Origin: Ginkgo biloba
Taxonomy: Eukaryota; Plantae; Ginkgophyta
DNA: 23,967 nt
NCBI GenBank assembly: GCA_024626585.2
Contig: JANKJI020000004.1
Location: forward strand, 143,012,186-143,036,152
Direction: 5' to 3'
Below are positions 22,836 through 23,967 of this stretch, piece by piece. Under the pieces are notes generated by a model. That model ran no database searches. It had not been told where the DNA came from and was given only the letters and a program-made list of their open reading frames with translations. Each line of letters starts with the position of its first letter. Within the stretch, counting starts at the first letter, position 1. The translations under genes and the position numbers were made by a program.

Positions 22836-23891
22836 TTTTATAAATTTCTTCTAAAATGATGAAAAAAATAGTACCTGATATATTAATTTTTATATTTTGA
22901 TATTTGTCCTTGATTCTCTACTATAAAATATATTTGAACTTGCACCTAAAATTTCATCCAAATCTGAGTTCATTTGGTGGGTTTTCTAGTCCTCTTTTGA
23001 ACATGAAAGAGTAACTTCTTTAACTCCATTTCAATCTTAAAAACCTGGTTCTCCATATGAATTGTCTTTAGCTCTTCAAACAAAGTGTTTAGCAGAGGTT
23101 TCTTTTTGAGATTTGACCTCTTGAACCTATGTTTGGAAAACTAAGTGACGTAACCAAATGTTCTTCTGTCAATTTCATAATATGACTTGACAAAAATTAA
23201 TTTTGGCTTTTGATTACTAGAAAATACCTTCCATAAATACCATACAACTTTCTCCTAAAGGTGGATTTAACCCAACATTGAAATTTAATTAAAATTTTTA
23301 AAACCTTTGAAAAAAATAAATTAATTCAAAATTTTCTCTCCCCGCTTGTGCAACTTTTCCTGCAATCGCATCTTCGTCTACGGCGATTTGGTTCATTTAG
23401 ATTTCTCACGACAACCATTGATGTGATGCCCCTCTAATCAAATTGCAACACCTTCAGCTCACGGTAGTTGCCTACGACACAGCTACTAAAGTTGAATATG
23501 CTTAATAACACTCACTCTAGGGTTTTCAAAAACATCAACTGCTACACCTCTATCTTCAACAAATCGTTTTCAAATCTACCTACCATCCATCTTATCTGTT
23601 GCCTATATGTTCTCTAATTGTGCAGACTGTATGTTTCCTTCATCGTTCCACAAATCATCCTGCACATCTCCAAGCTTGCTTCCACATCTATGCGATCCCA
23701 TTACAACAACAGTCTACCTAGCTCCTCGGCAGATATTCATACAATCCATAAGAGTGCAAGGATCCAACTATTTGTTCTCTCTATGTAACAATACACAACT
23801 TGGATTTTAGATGCTAATACGAGTGGGTCGCCCAGTTATTCTCCATGTCTTCCCCATGTCACCCATTATCAAACATCCTAACGATCTCCAT

Positions 23892-23903
23892 GCTCTAATA
23901 CCA
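23892..23903 (-). other. Primer-binding site (tRNA-iMet type) of the copia element
   Basis: Reverse complement TGGTATTAGAGC directly adjacent to the LTR end, one mismatch to TGGTATCAGAGC. Confidence 0.88.
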
Positions 23904-23967
23904 TGTTGAAATATGAGAGGCAGATATAAAGACATAATTAAACACAAATACTTCACATTTACTTGAT
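23904..23967 (-). repeat. Copia 5' LTR (partial, truncated by window)
   Basis: tgttgaaatatgagaggcagatataaagacataattaaacac... is a direct repeat of 21653-21716. Confidence 0.9.

Larger units (their letters stand above)
21653..23967 (-). mobile_element. Ty1/copia LTR retrotransposon, degenerate, runs off the window end
   Basis: Direct repeats at 21653 and 23904 (5 mismatches over the 64 comparable bp), minus-strand PBS at 23892-23903, PPT-like TAAGAGGGAT at 21881-21890, copia gag in between. pol not visible; N gap at 21902-22001. Confidence 0.9.

Overview
AT-rich eukaryotic DNA from a gapped draft assembly with many N runs. It looks like a large-genome plant; a gymnosperm is plausible, but that is inference from the TE-packed introns and tRNA-iMet-primed LTR elements. 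The only host-gene signal is two + strand exons (9172-9308 and 17316-17475), which splice in frame across an ~8.0 kb intron and together encode exactly three 33-aa ankyrin repeats. The rest, probably all intronic, is layered transposon debris: three decayed Ty3/gypsy pol fragments, several LTR-like blocks (one CpG-rich, one with an 18-bp tandem array followed by a duplicated PBS), a minus-strand Ty1/copia element (two LTRs, PBS, PPT, broken gag), a possible CACTA end, and small tandem repeats. Almost all ORFs in the supplied track are spurious. I found no convincing novel multi-gene system. The best leads are the frame- and register-symmetric 297-nt ankyrin exon module, a TAGTAG acceptor that could insert a stop, and a dense RCCGAC (DRE/CRT-like) cluster in an intronic LTR.
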